A DNA stretch of 64,000 nt from an uncultured Flavobacteriales bacterium (GTDB taxonomy: Bacteria > Bacteroidota > Bacteroidia > Flavobacteriales_D > Sanyastnellaceae), in contig CAJQMI010000033.1 of assembly GCA_905479395.1 (NCBI GenBank), forward strand, positions 2,318-66,317, written 5' to 3'. The translations under genes and the position numbers were made by a program. Of the stretch, positions 28,858 through 37,610 are shown in pieces. Position 1 is the first letter of the stretch. Each line of letters starts with the position of its first letter. The notes under the pieces are model-generated. The model saw only the letters and a list, made by a program, of their open reading frames with translations, did no database searches and was not told the origin of the DNA.

Positions 28858-30390
28858 ATGAACGCACCACGTCGCATTCAATCCGCTCTCATTTCCGTTT
28901 TTCACAAAGAAGGTTTGGAACCCATCGTGAGTGAGCTAAAACGACTGGGGGTCACCATTTATTCCACCGGAGGTACGCAGCTTGCGTTGGAAAAAATGGG
29001 AGCCGATGTTGTTCCTGTTGAAGATGTGACCAACTATCCGTCAATCCTTGGTGGCCGAGTGAAAACATTGCATCCCAAAGTATTCGGAGGCATTCTTAAC
29101 CGAAGAAATTTTGAGGCTGATGTGGCACATATGGAAGAGTATGACTTACCGCATATCGACTTGGTCATCGTAGACCTCTATCCCTTCGAGCAAACGGTGG
29201 CGCAAGGTGGTTCGCATCACGATGTCATTGAAAAAATTGACATCGGTGGAATCTCACTGATTCGAGCGGCTGCAAAAAACTTTGAAGATGTGGTCATTGT
29301 GCCTAGTCAAGACGAATACAGCAAGCTTCTTGAACTGCTTCAAAATGGGAATGGCGAGACCACACGAGAAGATCGCAAAGGCCTGGCAACGCAGGCGTTC
29401 AGAATCAGTTCCCACTACGATACGCGCATTCACGAGTGGATGCAAGGCGGCACCACGGTCAACGAACTGAACCTTTCTGAGCGCCTCTCGACCTCGCTTC
29501 GTTATGGCGAAAACCCCCACCAAGAAGGTCGATTCTTTGGAAACCTCAGCGCTTTGTTCGACCAATTGCATGGAAAACCGATGTCGTACAACAACCTTTT
29601 GGACATCGACTCAGCGGTTCAGCTGATGCGCGAATTCCAAGACGGCGACCCTACGTTTGCCGTTTTGAAGCACAACAACGCATGTGGGTTAGCCACACGT
29701 TCAACGGTGGCTGAAGCTTGGAAAGATGCGCTTGCAGGCGATCCTGTATCTGCATTTGGAGGTGTTTTGATTTGCAACAAACCCATCGATGCTATTACAG
29801 CCTCGGCAATGCACGAGTTGTTTTTTGAAGTGGCCATTGCCCCTGCCTTTGAACCGGACGCAATGACCATTTTGCAGCAAAAGAAGAACCGCATTTTGCT
29901 GGTGCAAAAACCTTGCAGCCCACAAGCGACAACTGTTCGTTCTGTCTTGAATGGTTACCTCGTCCAGCAATCAGACGCCAAAACTGAAAATGAAAACGAT
30001 TTGAGCCGCGCAACCACGCATGCGGCAAGCGATGCTCAAGTCCAAGATTTGGTGTTTGCGATGAAAGTGGCGAAGCACACCCGGTCAAACACAATCGTGT
30101 TTGCCAAAGGTGGGCAATTGCTCGGCAGCGGAACGGGACAGACCAGTCGCGTAGATGCACTCAAACAAGCTGTCGTCAAAGCAAAGGCTTTTGGGTTTGA
30201 TTTGAGCGGCGCCGTCATGGCTTCAGACGCGTTCTTCCCGTTCCCTGATTGCGTTGCTCTGGCCAAGGAAGCGGGAATCACAGCCGTCATTCAGCCGGGA
30301 GGTTCGATCAAGGACCAATTGAGCATTGATTATTGCAATGAAAATAATGTTTCAATGTACTTGACCGGAACCCGCCATTTCCGGCATTGA
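28858..30390 (+). CDS. purH: bifunctional AICAR formyltransferase / IMP cyclohydrolase
   Basis: ALISVFHKEGL..STGGT, VKTLHPKVFGGIL, DLVIVDLYPF, KHNNACG, GSGTGQTSRVD, IQPGGSIKD. Confidence 0.97.
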   Translation: MNAPRRIQSALISVFHKEGLEPIVSELKRLGVTIYSTGGTQLALEKMGADVVPVEDVTNYPSILGGRVKTLHPKVFGGILNRRNFEADVAHMEEYDLPHIDLVIVDLYPFEQTVAQGGSHHDVIEKIDIGGISLIRAAAKNFEDVVIVPSQDEYSKLLELLQNGNGETTREDRKGLATQAFRISSHYDTRIHEWMQGGTTVNELNLSERLSTSLRYGENPHQEGRFFGNLSALFDQLHGKPMSYNNLLDIDSAVQLMREFQDGDPTFAVLKHNNACGLATRSTVAEAWKDALAGDPVSAFGGVLICNKPIDAITASAMHELFFEVAIAPAFEPDAMTILQQKKNRILLVQKPCSPQATTVRSVLNGYLVQQSDAKTENENDLSRATTHAASDAQVQDLVFAMKVAKHTRSNTIVFAKGGQLLGSGTGQTSRVDALKQAVVKAKAFGFDLSGAVMASDAFFPFPDCVALAKEAGITAVIQPGGSIKDQLSIDYCNENNVSMYLTGTRHFRH

Positions 30391-30488
30391 TTTCATCCGA
30401 ATTGGTGGAAAAAAAGCTGGCGTCTGAGGCAATAAAATAGATGCCATACTTTCTGCACAGAAGCGTGGAATTCGAGGTTTTGCTTGCC

Positions 30489-30496
30489 TATATTTG
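30489..30496 (+). promoter_or_regulatory. candidate -7 promoter box (TATATTTG) upstream of the mreB operon
   Basis: Perfect TAnnTTTG match 42 nt upstream of ATG 30538. Confidence 0.3.
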
Positions 30497-30537
30497 ATTG
30501 TTCACAGTTGTCCTTCCACACTTAGCCAAGTCCGACC

Positions 30538-31563
30538 ATGGGATTGTTCAATTTTTTCATGCAAGAGATCGCAATTGATCTCGGCACCGCCAACACCATC
30601 ATCTATTACGAAGACAAAGTAGTCGTAGATGAACCCAGCATTGTCGCAAAAGATCGGAGCACCAGTCGAATCGTTGCCATTGGCCGACTTGCGCAACAAA
30701 TGCATGGAAAAACACACAAAAATATCGAGACAATTCGCCCATTGAAAGATGGCGTAATTGCTGATTTCCAGGCCGCGGAAGAAATGATCAAAGGCATGAT
30801 CAAAATGATCAACCAACGCAACTCGTGGTTTACACCTTCATTGCGCATGGTGATTTGCATCCCTTCGGGAATCACAGAAGTGGAAAAGCGCGCTGTTGCC
30901 GATAGCGCTGAGCATGCAGGGGGTAAGGATGTTTACCTGATTCATGAGCCAATGGCTGCTGCAATTGGAATCGGGATTGATGTCGAAGAGCCCATGGGAA
31001 ACATGATCATCGATATCGGAGGGGGAACATCTGAAATTGCTGTCATCGCATTGGGCGGCATCGTCACCGACAAAAACATCCGCGTTGCAGGTGATGAGTT
31101 CACTTCTGACATCGAAGAGTACATGCGCCGCCAGCATAACATCCTGATCGGTGAGCGAACTGCCGAACAAATTAAAATTGAAGTTGGAGCAGCCACCGTT
31201 GAATTGGAAAATCCACCCGAAGATTATCCAGTGCGTGGCCGAGACTTAATGACTGGAATTCCAAAAGAAATCCATGTTTCGTACAGCGAAATCGCACAGG
31301 CACTGGACAAGAGCATTTCTAAAATTGAAGAAGCCATTCACTCAGCATTGGAACAGACGCCTCCTGAACTTTCGGCTGACATCTATCGCACAGGCATATA
31401 CTTGGCCGGTGGAGGAGCGCTTCTGCGCGGGTTGGACAAGCGCATTTCGGCTCGAACGAAACTTCCCGTGCATGTCGCTGAGGATCCGCTGCATGCTGTT
31501 GCAAAAGGAACAGCCATCGCGCTGAAAAACATCGAACGATTCACCTTCTTGATGCGCAACTGA
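30538..31563 (+). CDS. mreB: rod shape-determining protein MreB
   Basis: IAIDLGTANT, actin-fold motifs DIGGGTSE and LAGGGALLRGL. Confidence 0.97.
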   Translation: MGLFNFFMQEIAIDLGTANTIIYYEDKVVVDEPSIVAKDRSTSRIVAIGRLAQQMHGKTHKNIETIRPLKDGVIADFQAAEEMIKGMIKMINQRNSWFTPSLRMVICIPSGITEVEKRAVADSAEHAGGKDVYLIHEPMAAAIGIGIDVEEPMGNMIIDIGGGTSEIAVIALGGIVTDKNIRVAGDEFTSDIEEYMRRQHNILIGERTAEQIKIEVGAATVELENPPEDYPVRGRDLMTGIPKEIHVSYSEIAQALDKSISKIEEAIHSALEQTPPELSADIYRTGIYLAGGGALLRGLDKRISARTKLPVHVAEDPLHAVAKGTAIALKNIERFTFLMRN

Positions 31564-31579
31564 TTCTGAGCGCTGCGAC

Positions 31580-32383
31580 ATGAGAAACCTCTGGAACTTC
31601 ATCGTTCAGTACCAGGTAATCTTGGTTTTCATGGTGCTGCAGGCCCTTGCGCTGAGCTGGTTCATATCCAGTCGCGGCTATCCGAAGGGCAAGTGGGTTC
31701 GACTGGCATTGGATTGGGAAAGTGCTTGGCAGGGGCAAATTTCGGAATGGAGCCATCGCGCAGAACTTTCTGACCAGAACTTCCAACTCCTCGAAGAAAA
31801 CGCACGCCTGCGATCACGCATGGGACAGTCATCGGTCTCCCATTTCAAGAATCGAAGTCAGTTCATTGCAGCTGAAGTCATTCGCGCCACTTGGACTCAA
31901 AACCAAAATCACTTCGTTCTTGACCAAGGAGAAAATAATGGCGTCCAGATTGGACAAGGAGTGATTGCAAATGGCGCTGCAATTGGGAAAATCATTGAAA
32001 CAACTCAAAAGTATTCCATCGGAATTCCATTGATTCACAATCAACTGGATTGGAGCGCACGCATTGGTAATTCGGGAGCCATCGGACGATTAAAATGGGA
32101 GGGTGGCGATCGCACAACAGGCATGCTTTTTGACATTCCACGAAGCGCGGCATTTAAACCCGGTGATTCTGTAATAACCACAGGGTTCCAGGGGGTTTTT
32201 CCTCCCGATATCTTGTTTGGAACCGTCGCAAATGAAGAGCCCTATTTTGACGGAGAGTTCTTGAATGTCCCTGTCCAGTGGGCAGCTGAATTTCAATCGT
32301 TGCGTTACGTGCATTTGACCGACACCAATGATGGGGCTGATATTGATTCATTGGAGGGTACTTTCAATCATTCTGCGCCATGA
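31580..32383 (+). CDS. mreC: rod shape-determining protein MreC
   Basis: N-terminal TM, coiled-coil (LLEENARLR) and beta-rich C-terminal domain. Positioned between mreB and mreD. Confidence 0.88.
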   Translation: MRNLWNFIVQYQVILVFMVLQALALSWFISSRGYPKGKWVRLALDWESAWQGQISEWSHRAELSDQNFQLLEENARLRSRMGQSSVSHFKNRSQFIAAEVIRATWTQNQNHFVLDQGENNGVQIGQGVIANGAAIGKIIETTQKYSIGIPLIHNQLDWSARIGNSGAIGRLKWEGGDRTTGMLFDIPRSAAFKPGDSVITTGFQGVFPPDILFGTVANEEPYFDGEFLNVPVQWAAEFQSLRYVHLTDTNDGADIDSLEGTFNHSAP

Positions 32384-32898
32384 ATCCCGCATTGCTCATA
32401 CCACTGCAATTGCTTTTGACTTGTGCTTTGCAGGTTTTATTCTTCCAAAACATGGCTTTGTGGGAAGGCTATGGAATTTTGACATTCCATACGCTGGGCA
32501 TTCTCTTGCTCCCTCTCAATACCCGACCAATCATCCTCATGTTCGTGAGTGCTACCGTGGGTGCCGTCGTGGACCTCTTCGCATTCGGAGGAGGCTTGTT
32601 TACCTCTTCAGCAGTGGCCATGGGGTTATTCCTCCCTTTCATCAACCGATTGCTCGCCCCCCGAGAAGGTTATGAAGTCACCGATGAACCGAGCATCAAA
32701 AGCATGGGAATCCAATGGTTTTCGATTCGAACCATCGCGGCTTTGCTGATTCATAATCTCTGGATGTTTTCATTGGAAGCTGGCCGTTGGAATTTGATTT
32801 TATCGGGCTGGGGCAAAGCAGTTACTTCGACGCTGCTCTGCTGGTTGCTCTTTACTGTCGTGCTCCAACTGGTGCAAGCAAAAGGAAAAAAGCGATGA
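32380..32898 (+). CDS. mreD: rod shape-determining protein MreD (probable)
   Basis: 172-aa polytopic membrane protein. ATGA overlaps with mreC upstream and mrdA downstream. The call is positional. Confidence 0.7.
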   Translation: MNPALLIPLQLLLTCALQVLFFQNMALWEGYGILTFHTLGILLLPLNTRPIILMFVSATVGAVVDLFAFGGGLFTSSAVAMGLFLPFINRLLAPREGYEVTDEPSIKSMGIQWFSIRTIAALLIHNLWMFSLEAGRWNLILSGWGKAVTSTLLCWLLFTVVLQLVQAKGKKR

Positions 32899-34718
32899 AT
32901 CTCAAAGAAAGGCAGTGGATCATCGGAGCTATTTTCTTGCTCATTGCCTTCATCTTCATTGGGCGTCTCGCTCAGCTTCAAATTTTCTCCAGTGATCTCC
33001 AAGATTACGCGGCGCGACTCACGCAAGAAAGGGAGGTTTTAGATCCGGCTCGCGGTCTAATGTTTGATCGAAATGGCGAACTAATCTTAGATAATAAAGC
33101 CGGATACGACATTCTTTTCACACCTCGTTTGTGCCAATTAGCTGGGGGAATGGACACGCTGGCCCTGGCAAAATTGATTGACCTCAGTCCCCGCGAAATT
33201 CACAAAGCCATTCGCAGAGCTATCACCTACGCGACCTACCGACCTTCGAGCATCCGAAAGCAGATGCCAGCTTCGGAATATGCGGCAATAGCCGGCGAGC
33301 TCTGGAGGTTTCCGGGCATTCAATCCCGACGGCGTTCCATTCGAACAAATGAATCAGGATTGGCAAGTCATCTCCTCGGGGAGTACCGCGAAGTAGACCG
33401 CGATGACATAGAGTCCAATTTGGGCTATCGGCTCGGTGATTACAAAGGGAAATCCGGCCTCGAGCTGCAATGGGAAAGTGAGCTCAAAGGAAGCCGTGGA
33501 GTGAAATTTCACTTGGTCGATGTCCGGAACGATTACCGGCAATCAGCCCAAAAAGGTGCGCTCGATTCAATGCCCAAACCGGGAGAAGACTTGACGTTGA
33601 CGCTGAACATGCAGCTTCAAGCTTACGGTGAAAAAATCATGCAAGGCAAGCGCGGAAGCATCGTAGCCATTGAACCTCAATCGGGTGAGGTCTTGGCCGT
33701 GGTAAGCGCACCGAGCTATGGAACCGATCTTCTGACGGGGCGAATGCGCGGAACGCATTATGACAGTTTGTTGCGCGACCCAAACAAGCCGTTGTTCAAC
33801 CGCACGATGCGTGCAACCTATCGGCCAGGGAGTATCTTCAAAATGATTCAGGGCCTGATTGCATTGGATCAAGGATTGATTTCCTCTCAGACTCGAATTC
33901 CGTGCAATCGTTCCGTCATCGGATGCCATGGCGGGCACACAAATGACAATCTCGAAGACGCAATCATCCATTCTTGCAATCCCTATTTCCATGAGGTAAT
34001 GCGCCGGATGATCCAACCTCGAACTGCTTCAAATATCTTTGCTGAAGCGCGCGACGGATTGAGTTCATGGACCACTGCTATTCAACGTTTTGGACTTGGC
34101 ACAGATCTCGGTGGCAACTTCCCCGGTCTTCGATCGGGATCAGTTCCGGACACCACACTTTATGACAAACTGTACGGCCGGAAAAGATGGGCTTATTCAA
34201 CCATCTACTCCATTTCCATTGGAGAAGGGGAGCTTCTGACGACGCCCTTGCACATGGCAAATCTAGCCGCTACCCTCGCAAATCGCGGAGAATTTAGAAC
34301 GCCGCATGTGATTCAATCCGTCGGATCGAATGGAAAACCAGTCGGAACCGACTCGTTGATTCAAACGGGAATTCCTCCAGAGCTCTTCGAGCCCATCATC
34401 AACGCCATGAATGCTGTAACAGAGTCTAGTGAGGGCACAGCGCCTCTAGCAAGAGTCCCGGGAATCAAAGTCTGTGGAAAAACCGGTACCGTTCAAGATT
34501 CAAAAGGAAATCATTCTGTTTTCATTGCCTTCGCACCCGCGGACAACCCGAAAATTGCGTTGAGTGTCTATGTGGAAAACGCCGGCGCCGGAGGAGATTG
34601 GGCAGCGCCAATAGCCAGTCTGATGATGGAGAAATACTTGATGGGCGACGTCCAACAAACCGATAAAGAATTACGTGTCATCCGCGCAACTTACCCCTTT
34701 GCCAACGCAATCAAATGA
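32895..34718 (+). CDS. mrdA: penicillin-binding protein 2 (elongasome transpeptidase)
   Basis: Trimmed to ATG 32895. N-terminal TM. Transpeptidase motifs RPGSIFK (SxxK), SCN (SxN) and KTGT. Confidence 0.92.
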   Translation: MNLKERQWIIGAIFLLIAFIFIGRLAQLQIFSSDLQDYAARLTQEREVLDPARGLMFDRNGELILDNKAGYDILFTPRLCQLAGGMDTLALAKLIDLSPREIHKAIRRAITYATYRPSSIRKQMPASEYAAIAGELWRFPGIQSRRRSIRTNESGLASHLLGEYREVDRDDIESNLGYRLGDYKGKSGLELQWESELKGSRGVKFHLVDVRNDYRQSAQKGALDSMPKPGEDLTLTLNMQLQAYGEKIMQGKRGSIVAIEPQSGEVLAVVSAPSYGTDLLTGRMRGTHYDSLLRDPNKPLFNRTMRATYRPGSIFKMIQGLIALDQGLISSQTRIPCNRSVIGCHGGHTNDNLEDAIIHSCNPYFHEVMRRMIQPRTASNIFAEARDGLSSWTTAIQRFGLGTDLGGNFPGLRSGSVPDTTLYDKLYGRKRWAYSTIYSISIGEGELLTTPLHMANLAATLANRGEFRTPHVIQSVGSNGKPVGTDSLIQTGIPPELFEPIINAMNAVTESSEGTAPLARVPGIKVCGKTGTVQDSKGNHSVFIAFAPADNPKIALSVYVENAGAGGDWAAPIASLMMEKYLMGDVQQTDKELRVIRATYPFANAIK

Positions 34719-36037
34719 GGAGAACAGCCCCCATATTGCAACGCATCGACTGGATTACGATTGGCCTCGTGGTCACGTTCATGGCCCTTGGGATTTTGAA
34801 CATTGCCAGCTCAACCAGCGGCGCTGAATCAGTCGAGTGGTTCGACATCAATAGCAAGGTTGGCAAGCAATTCATTTGGGTTTTCATCGCGCTTGTAATT
34901 GCGGCAGTGACGCTCATTATTGAAGGTGAGTTTTTCATACGCACCACGGTTATCCATTACGTGGTAAACATCGTTCTGTTGATCGCGGTGCTCCTCATCG
35001 GCAAAACTGTCGGTGGAGCCAAATCATGGTTCGGGATTGGGTCAATCAGTCTACAACCATCTGAATTCGCCAAAACAGGGACCGCCCTCATGCTCGCTTG
35101 GCTACTCAGTCGCAGCGATGGAAAAATACGAAACACCAAAACGCTGGTGCAGTCGGTGCTCATCGTTTGCATACCAGCAGCGTTGATTATGCTCCAACCT
35201 GACGCCGGAACTGTGCTCGTTTACGGTGGTTTAATTTTTGCTTTTTACCGTGAAGGATTGTCTGGCAACGTGCTCATCGCAGTATTCTGTGCGCTGCTAC
35301 TTCTCATTGCGACCATATTAACTGGAGCTGCTTCCTACGACTATCCTTTGCTTGGTGTCCAATCTTCCATTGGCTGGTTGTGGTTGATTCTCTTGAGTCT
35401 CGGAAGCATTATCTGGCGGTTAATTCCTGGGTGGGTGGTTCCAAGGAATCGCAAACGAGTTCGAAAAGCAACATTGATTTCCTTCGCGATGGCCTTGGCA
35501 TTCAGCGCAGGCGTTCACAGCAGTCTAGAGGGCATGCTCAAAACGCATCAAAAAGAACGCATCTACGTCCTCTTCGGAATGGACGTTGGCAACCCTGATG
35601 CGGACTACAATATCCGCCACGCCAAAGCTGCGGTGAGTTCTGGAGGTTGGACAGGCAAAGGATTTCTGCAGGGTCCAATGACAGCCTATGGCTTTGTACC
35701 AGAACAAGAGACTGATTTCATTTTTTGCACCATTGGCGAGGAATGGGGATTTCTGGGCAGCACCGTTGCGATTGCACTATACACGATGCTTCTTTTGCGC
35801 ATCCTTGTCCTCGCCGAGCGTCAGCGCAGCGATTTTACGCGCATCTATGGCTACGCAGTTGCCAGTATTCTATTTATGCATTTCTTAATCAATGTCGGCA
35901 TGGTATTGGGACTTGCTCCGGTCATTGGCATTCCTCTTCCTTTCCTCAGCGCTGGAGGTTCATCCTTGGTTGGTTTCACGCTGTTGGTCGCAATCCTGTT
36001 GCGTTTGGATGCCGAGAGGTCTTATGTCCTACGGTAG
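34715..36037 (+). CDS. rodA: SEDS-family peptidoglycan polymerase RodA
   Basis: FtsW/RodA/SpoVE architecture. LQPSEFAK, QPDAGT, GIPLPFLSAGGSS. ATGA overlap with mrdA. Confidence 0.92.
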   Translation: MRRTAPILQRIDWITIGLVVTFMALGILNIASSTSGAESVEWFDINSKVGKQFIWVFIALVIAAVTLIIEGEFFIRTTVIHYVVNIVLLIAVLLIGKTVGGAKSWFGIGSISLQPSEFAKTGTALMLAWLLSRSDGKIRNTKTLVQSVLIVCIPAALIMLQPDAGTVLVYGGLIFAFYREGLSGNVLIAVFCALLLLIATILTGAASYDYPLLGVQSSIGWLWLILLSLGSIIWRLIPGWVVPRNRKRVRKATLISFAMALAFSAGVHSSLEGMLKTHQKERIYVLFGMDVGNPDADYNIRHAKAAVSSGGWTGKGFLQGPMTAYGFVPEQETDFIFCTIGEEWGFLGSTVAIALYTMLLLRILVLAERQRSDFTRIYGYAVASILFMHFLINVGMVLGLAPVIGIPLPFLSAGGSSLVGFTLLVAILLRLDAERSYVLR

Positions 36038-36095
36038 GTTTTATTTTCTATCGAATTAAATCGGACATTCGTAGAATTATATATAATTTTCGTCG

Positions 36096-36103
36096 TATAT
36101 TTG
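36096..36103 (+). promoter_or_regulatory. orphan -7 promoter-like box (TATATTTG) in the rodA/sucB convergent gap
   Basis: Perfect TAnnTTTG match with no CDS downstream before the terminator at 36211-36238. See the finding on a candidate small RNA. Confidence 0.25.
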
Positions 36104-36204
36104 TGTGTGTCACATTCTCGAATACATTTAGCCCATTGCACTAGGATTTAACCCCAAAGCAATGGGATTTTCATGTTTATTCGGTGTGCGCCGCAAAACA
36201 ACAA

Positions 36205-36239
36205 AACCAAAAGCCCCGCTTCACAGCGGGGCTTTTTCG
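36205..36239. terminator. bidirectional Rho-independent terminator between rodA and sucB
   Basis: Perfect 10-bp stem AAGCCCCGCT / AGCGGGGCTT (36211-36220 / 36225-36234) with loop TCAC. A-rich tract upstream and T5 downstream. Confidence 0.8.
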
Positions 36240-36257
36240 TTCAATTCAATTCGTTGT

Positions 36258-37523
36258 TTACAACCCCAACAATACCTCTTCTGGTTTTTTGCCCATGAAC
36301 AAAAGCCGTTCTGGCTGCTCGATCATTTCTTTGATCGCATATAAAAAACCAACACTCTCTTTTCCATCAATGATCCTGTGATCGTAGCTCAAAGCAACGT
36401 ACATCACAGGTCTGATTTCTACTTTGCCATTGACTGCGACAGGTCGATCAACAATGTTATGCATTCCTAAAATCGCACTTTGCGGAGGATTGATGATTGG
36501 CGTGGACAACATGGATCCAAACACACCCCCATTGGTGATGGTGAATGTGCCTCCTTGCATTTCGTCAATGCCCAATTCACCGTCTCGAGCTCGAATCGCC
36601 AATCGTTTGATTTCTGCCTCAATCTGAGCCAAGTTCATGGACTCCGCATTCCTAACCACTGGGACCATCAAGCCTTTCGGTGAACTCACCGCAATCCCAA
36701 TGTCTGCATATTCAGGAACGATGACTTCCTTGCCATCAATCATGCCGTTGACCGTCGGAAACTGTGCAATTGCATGCGTCACCGCTTTCGTGAAAAAGCT
36801 CATGAATCCAAGTCCGACGCCATGAGATTCGCGAAAAGCGTCTTTGTATTTGGCACGAAGGTCCATGACTGGTTTCATGTCGACCTCATTGAAGGTGGTC
36901 AGCATAGCCGTTTCATTCTTGACACCCACCAATCGTTCAGCAACTTTGCGCCGAAGCATGGACATCTTTTCCCTTCTCACATCTCGGCTTCCTCCCCATG
37001 CCGCTGTTGCATTGACGTCAAATCCTGCAGCCATTGCTGCTGCAACGTCTTGTTGAAGAATTCGTCCATCCCTTCCAGTGCCTGCAACTTGAGCCGCCGA
37101 AATTCCATTTTCGGACATCATTTTACGTGCAGCCGGAGACGGATGCTTGTCCGCATGATTCTTCCCAGCCGCGGGAGCGGGAGCGGGTGCAGGTGCAGAC
37201 GCGACCGCAGGTACTGGTGTGGCCGATGCAGGGGCCGCCTGTGGAGCAGGAGCGGGCTTGTTCGGCTTTCCCGCAGGGGGTTTTGCTGACGTATCAATCA
37301 GGCAACAAACAGCTCCAACTTCAATCACATCTCCCTCCTCTGCCTTCAGCGTGATGATTCCGGCTTCCTCTGCTGGGAGTTCCAAAGTTGCCTTGTCCGA
37401 GTCCACTTCAGCAATTGCCTGATCCTTCTCGACATAATCGCCATCGGATACAAGCCAAGTTGCAATTTCAACTTCACTGATGGATTCCCCTGGGCTGGGG
37501 ACTTTCATTTCTAGCTTTGACAT
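36258..37523 (-). CDS. sucB: dihydrolipoyllysine-residue succinyltransferase (E2 of 2-oxoglutarate dehydrogenase)
   Basis: Lipoyl domain ([13 protein letters not shown]), Ala/Pro linker, E3-binding segment and catalytic DHRIIDG. Confidence 0.93.
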   Translation of the reverse strand: MSKLEMKVPSPGESISEVEIATWLVSDGDYVEKDQAIAEVDSDKATLELPAEEAGIITLKAEEGDVIEVGAVCCLIDTSAKPPAGKPNKPAPAPQAAPASATPVPAVASAPAPAPAPAAGKNHADKHPSPAARKMMSENGISAAQVAGTGRDGRILQQDVAAAMAAGFDVNATAAWGGSRDVRREKMSMLRRKVAERLVGVKNETAMLTTFNEVDMKPVMDLRAKYKDAFRESHGVGLGFMSFFTKAVTHAIAQFPTVNGMIDGKEVIVPEYADIGIAVSSPKGLMVPVVRNAESMNLAQIEAEIKRLAIRARDGELGIDEMQGGTFTITNGGVFGSMLSTPIINPPQSAILGMHNIVDRPVAVNGKVEIRPVMYVALSYDHRIIDGKESVGFLYAIKEMIEQPERLLFMGKKPEEVLLGL

Positions 37524-37610
37524 CGCTATTCAAATTGTTTTTTGATCGCTCCTATATCCTGCAATTAACAACGCATCGTCCAAACTTGGAGGCACGCTGA
37601 AAATGATTTC

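Noticed and set aside
36774-37354. 171-aa and 106-aa plus-strand ORFs inside sucB.
   Set aside because: They lie antisense to the Ala/Pro-rich linker and catalytic domain of E2. GC-rich repetitive linkers commonly leave open antisense frames.
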